Shown: positions 58,822 through 64,000 of the stretch, one piece after another
Numbering within the stretch: the stretch's first letter is position 1
Layout of the letters: each line of letters starts with the position of its first letter
DNA from: the human T2T-CHM13v2.0 reference genome, Homo sapiens
Strand: one strand, 5' to 3'
Assembly (NCBI RefSeq): GCF_009914755.1
Contig: NC_060929.1
DNA length: 64,000 bases
The notes under the pieces: model-generated
What the model was told of the DNA's origin: nothing
Database searches by the model: none
The model's input: the letters and a program-made list of their open reading frames with translations, nothing else
Translations under genes and position numbers: made by a program

Positions 58822-59727
58822 AATCATCTTTTAATTTTTACTTAGTAACTGCTTACATTTTCAAGCAAATGTGAAAACCTAAGTCTTTTGTGCTCTACGT
58901 TGATCTCTTCCTGAATGTGGTTTGGCTCAGAGCTCAGCATGCTTGGCATTGACTCGGTTACTCCTTAAATATTTACCAGTCGTCAATACTTTTCTTGTCC
59001 TCCGCCTTACTCTTTTGCTGTTTGAAGCACTTGGAAGTGAATAATGTCTCTCTCAGTTTAGTTTGAGACTTTTGTGGAGCATTTCTGCCCTGTGATGCTG
59101 GGGATGCCTGTTGCAATGCCTGTTGCATTGCCCCTCCTGGGAAGCACAAAGGAGTGGAGAGGCAGGGGGGTGAATTCACACCACGCCAGCATGTGTTCAC
59201 TGGGGGCTTCCTGTCTGCAGGCCACGGAGCTGGGTCCAGTGAAGGGCTCAGATTCCGGGGGGGTGGCAACGCTTCTGCTGGGACAAAGCCTCTAGTCCAC
59301 CGGGGATGCTGAGCAAAAGGGTGAAAATTAAAAAGTGGAAGAGCTAACGTAATTCAAGGCAATAAGAAAAGCCCTATTATTCATTTTCACAATCACCACA
59401 GTAATTTTCACAATTGTTACAAATTTCTCTCTCCTACGTTCATTACTTTAAGGTTGATGCGGCCAGGAAAGCTTTACAGAGGTCTTGGTTGGATCTGGGT
59501 CTGGAAGGCTGGCACTGCGCCGGGAGAGGCAAAGGTGATGTTAGGGGAGTGTCCAGGAAACACTGCACCCTGAGGCACAGGTCAGAGACAAGGTAGCCCG
59601 AGGCTTGCACAGGGGCTATGGGCAAACCAGCTCTGGTAGCTTCCAGGCTTCAGCAAGTGGGTGAGTGGCTAAAAATCAGGCTGGTATGAAGATGAGGGTC
59701 TAGGATTAGGGAGGGTCAGCGGCTTTG

Positions 59728-59950
59728 TTTTTATTCAGTCAACAACTATGCATTGGACACAGCTGTCTGCCAGGCCCTTTGCTGAGCTTTTCCATACAAG
59801 AGTGGACAGAGTTGGCATCGTCACTGTCCCCAGGTACAGGCAGCTAACACAGGGACATAAGTGAGTAAACCTGCAATGAACTGACCATGTGTCAAAGGAC
59901 CAGAGACACAAGAGAGGGCCTCCCCGAGGACAGCTGAGCCAGATTCCAGG
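59728..59950 (-). mobile_element. L2 3' end fragment
   Basis: ttattcagtcaacaactatgcattggacacagctgtctgccaggccctttgct is the antisense L2 terminus. Confidence 0.55.
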
Positions 59951-61149
59951 GTTGACGGAAAGTTGGGGGCGGGGGGCTTGAGCGGCTCACGGACAGCTTT
60001 CCCAGACAGAGAGGGCAGTGCTCAGGCTCTGCAGCGTGGAAGCAGGCTGCAGCCGAGGGTCTGAAGGGGTTTGGGGTGGCCGGGGTAAGAGTGCCAGCAA
60101 GGTGGTGACAACACTAGAACCTAGAGGAGTAGAGAGTGGAATCATGACAAAAGGAACCCAATGGAGGTGTCCAGGCGGGGGCTGGGCCACTGACGGTAAG
60201 GTAGAGGCTGTGGAAAATGCCCCTGAATGAGAAACTGTTTGTGCAATGCACATGACAATTTGTGTCAATGGTGCATCTTTTCCGCTGTTTCCAGTCTCTA
60301 GAAACTCTTTTATTACAGAACAATTGAGAAGAACACAAAGGCAGCCTCCCTCCGAGGTGACTCACATTCTACCCGCTGCTCACTCTGTCAGTAACACTGA
60401 CGTTTTTTTACACAGAATATTGAACACTTGCCCTGAAAATCTTGCCTTTGTGCCTGCTTTCAGGTACAGGAGTAACGCTGGGGCCGTGAGGGAGTCTGAC
60501 CGTCAGTCCTGATTCTGGGCCCGTGACAGGAAGCGCCACGGGTCTGGGTTCCTGCCATCCATCGCTGGCCATGCACCCTGCACCCACCACACGGGAAGAA
60601 CCACAGGTAGAGTCATTGAATAACTGAATATTCAACGCACAAGGAGATGTGTGTTGAAGAACCAAGAGGGAGCTGGCCACAAAGACAGGGCAAAATTTTT
60701 GACAGTGTTGAAATGTTTTTTTTCCTCTTGATTCTGGACATCCTGAAGTCACAATATCCAATGCTCTTTCAGCATTTTTATGATAAAAAGCAATCACCTT
60801 ATTAGTGGCTGTGTTTAAAGCTAGCCAGACTGAGGCGGTAAACAGCACTGCATTTATTCGTGTAGGCGCTACGAACCTGAGCACCAACTGGGACCTCCAT
60901 GCGTGGACTGGGCCATAGTGAGAGAGAGGCATGGGGCATAGTGCATGGGAGAGGTGTCCTTGGTCCAAGGATGAGTGAGATGGTATTAGAACCTCCCATT
61001 CCTGCTGCATCAAGACATCAAAAAAAGAAGAAAAATAGAGCCTCCCATTTATTCTCAAGTGTTCTGTCTGTCCTCTTAGTCAGAGGCTCACACATCCCAC
61101 CCTCACCACGTGGCTTGCAGGGCTCCCTGGCATTGCGTTGGCCAATGGT

Positions 61150-61406
61150 ATGGAATTTGGCATGACATTGCTATACCCAGCAGAATCTTGAGGGCAAATG
61201 TGTAGTTTCGCCATGTCTCACCTTCCTTTGCCATTGACTGAGATGGGTTGCTACTCCAGCCTGGGTGCCCAAACACGGAAGACAAGATGTGGGGTACTGC
61301 CTGGGAGGACAGCCACCACCAATGTGTGCCATGTCGTTCCTATGAAACGCTGAGGTCCTGGGGATGTCTGTTACTGCAGCATAAATGAGCAAGAGCTAAC
61401 TAATAA
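61150..61406 (+). mobile_element. Old MLT1-type LTR 3' part
   Basis: Ends gctgaggtcctggggatgtctgttactgcagcataa..ctaactaata. Confidence 0.5.
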
Positions 61407-61549
61407 AGAGATTAACATTTAAACATTAAAAAAACATGGAGTGGGCCAAACAAAGCACGCCCTGGGCCAGCATGCTCTTTGACACATGATGATTACTTCC
61501 CAGCTTCCAGAGAGGCGCATGGGATCTTCCGCAATGCTAGGCAGGCTGC

Positions 61550-61689
61550 CCCTTTCCTTTTCTTTTTCCTTTCCTTTTTCCTTTCCTTTCCTTTCCTTCC
61601 CCTCCTCCTCCCTCCCTCTCCCCTTCCCCTCTCACTCCCCTTCCCCTTCCCCCCCTCCTTCCTCCCCTCCCCGTCCCCTCTCTTTTTCC
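61550..61689. repeat. Polypyrimidine (CT-rich) tract at an Alu tail
   Basis: About 140 bp almost exclusively C/T. Confidence 0.9.
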
Positions 61690-61902
61690 AGACAGGGCCT
61701 TATTCTGTTGCCCAGGCTGGAGTGCAGTGGCGCCATCATAACTCACCGCAGCCTTGACCTCCTGGGCCCAAATGATTCTCCCACTGCAGCCTCCTGAGCC
61801 TGGGATCATAGGCGTGCACCATCACACCTGACAATTTTTTTTTTCTTTTTTTAATAGAGACGGGGTCTTCCTATGTTGTCCAGGCTGGTCTCCAACTCCT
61901 GG
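61683..61902 (-). mobile_element. AluJ, truncated at a fold-back junction
   Basis: Antisense right arm plus part of the left arm, ending at ..aactcctgg. Confidence 0.88.
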
Positions 61903-61958
61903 GAAACATAGGAAGACCCCATCTCTATTAAAAAAAAAAAAAAAAAAAAAGAAAGAAG

Positions 61959-62285
61959 AGGCCGGGCGCAGTGGCTCACGCCTGTAATCCCAGCACTTTG
62001 GGAGGCTGAGGTGGGCAGATTACCTGGGGTCAGGAGTTTTGAGACCAGCCTGGCCAGCATGGTGAAACCCCGTCTCTACTAAAAATACAAAAAAAATTAG
62101 TCAGGAGTGGTGGTATGCACCTGTAATCCCAGCTACTCAGGAGGCTGAGGCAGGAAAATCACTTGAACCCGGGAGGCAGGGTTGCAGTGAGCTGAGATTG
62201 CGCCACTGCACTCCAGCCTGGGTGACAGAGTGCGACTCTGTCTCAAAACAAACAAACAAACAAAAAAAATAAAAAAAGAAAAAAG
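61959..62285 (+). mobile_element. AluS
   Basis: Full dimer with a (AAAC)n/A tail. Confidence 0.9.
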
Positions 62286-64000
62286 TGACCCCCCATCTCA
62301 GCCTCTGTGCCTGGCCTAAGACAGGTTGCCAAGATCACTACCAGTATGCGCTGTCCTTTCTCAAGGTGTCTTCAAGGAGAAGTAAGTACACTGTGGACAG
62401 CCCCCTGGCAGTAACACATCTCCTGCAAGCCTCTTTGTGTAGGAGGATTTGTTCTCCTGGCCCCTCCTTCCAATACCAACATCTTGAACTACAATTGTAA
62501 ACCAGAGTCCGGACCCAGGGTTGAGGTCCTCAAATACTCCTATGGAAGAGACCACGTTTTCCCAGCTGCATGGAGGCATTTCACAGCTAAAACCACTCTT
62601 CCAATTCAAAGAAGTCAATGAATAGACAACAGCTGTGAATAATGTCTTCTGTGTTTTTCCCTAAACATTGGTTTTGTGGTCATGTCTTCGCTGGTGTTGA
62701 AACACTTTTTCACAACCAATGATTATGTATGTGATTAAAACCTCGGAAATGGATTGCCTCGGTCATTCACTCGTTTTCAAGGATGCCACCACCATGTTTA
62801 GAATGTGGCTGTCCCATGCTTCTCCCCACCCTTGCCCCTGGCCTTTGTGCTTCTGTGCCCTTTGTGATTTTAGCCATCATCCGTGTAATGGCTAAAATTC
62901 AGAAGAAAACGGCTAAAATTCAGAAGGAAAGTAAAATTACAAGCAGCATTTTTCTCAACAAACAGCCCACTGGTGACCTCGTGAGGGCACCAGCCATCGC
63001 CTATGCCTGTCCTTCTGGTGGCACAGAATTCACTGGAAAGGTCTCGGCCAGCCAGGCTCTGTGTCCAGCCTCTGTCTGTGTCTCTAAGGGGGGCCTGCAC
63101 CTCCCGGGCTGCCTGGCAGGGCCTGTGAGGCCTCACTGTCATGAGAAAAGAATCCACAGGTCTGTAAACTTGCTATTTTTAGGCCTCAGTGGACTTGCGC
63201 CAGTTTCCTGAGTGTAGTAATTACCCAGATATTTTATTGAATAGGGCCTTGAAAACTTACAACACACACCTCAAACCTACTCAGAAATTTAAAGAGGTTT
63301 AAAATGCCATGCAGCGAATTCTCAAAGACAAATGACAAGCCCACGTCTCCATCCACCTCCCCCCACACCCTCAGGCTGCTCTTACCCTGCTTCTCTGCGC
63401 TTTCCACACCCGTCCCCGCCCGGGTGAGCTCACCCCATGCAGCTCTGCTACATGCCAGCCAGGCAGGGCTTGCTCCGTGACGGCCCTTTCCAGACTGGCT
63501 TCTCTTCTAAATGCAAGCCTCTGTGTCCAACTGTCTCCTGGGGATGTACGAGGGACATCTCCAACCTAGCATTTCCTAAAGAGGGATGCTTCCTGCTCCA
63601 CCCAGTGTCCCCCATCTCAGGAAATAAGACTTTCATCCATGGCTGAGGCCACCGACCCGAACGGATGCTTTGTTCACTCTTTGCCTCCCTCCCCACTAGC
63701 TCCCCATGGCTGGCTCTACTTCAAAATCCATGCTGCATCCAAATCAACGCTGCTCCCCATTCAACCCCTTACCTCCAGAATCTCCTGCGGGACTGCCATA
63801 GCCTCCTGAGCCCCTGTCCCAGTGGGTCCACTGCCCAGTACTGTTCCACACGGCATGTAATCTTCTAGAGTATGTCAATTTGACCTTGATTGCCTGACTC
63901 ACCAATCTCCAAGTCTTCACCTTCTTACCATGGGGGAAGGAGAGCCTGGCCTGCGAAGAAGGCGCACAAGTCTGTGGGTGGTTTCCTTTCCGAGGCCCAC

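Noticed and set aside
59920-60000. Partial GGACAGC motifs as further RE1 sites
   Set aside because: Short right-half matches only, with no left half; expected by chance.
60408-61058. 216-aa minus-strand ORF
   Set aside because: Non-ATG start and no homology I can recognise; coding potential cannot be supported without conservation data.

Overview
Human (hominid) genomic DNA, not microbial. The window holds the 3' part of SRD5A1 (steroid 5-alpha-reductase type 1) on the + strand: the end of intron 1, coding exons 2-5 (10520-10686, 14755-14856, 21492-21642, 26878-26944 with TAA stop) and the 3' UTR with AATAAA signals at 27286 and 28216. About 30 kb of repeat-dominated downstream DNA follows, with no recognisable protein-coding gene. 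Roughly half the window is transposon-derived: about 28 Alu pieces, several L1 generations, MaLR/ERVL/ERV1 LTRs, an ERVL pol fossil, a hAT transposase fossil, and L2/MIR. Most ORFs in the track are repeat-derived or spurious. I found no convincing new multi-gene system. The best leads are a near-consensus REST/RE1 site with an extra half-site at 45.6-45.9 kb, a both-ends-intact antisense L1 with its RT region deleted whose antisense promoter faces exon 2, an Alu-bracketed exon 2-4 cassette (420 nt) that would circularise into a stop-less frame, a tailless 5S rRNA retrocopy with a 16-bp TSD, and two fold-back/template-switch hairpins. Repeat boundaries and subfamily calls were made by eye against remembered consensus sequences and are approximate.
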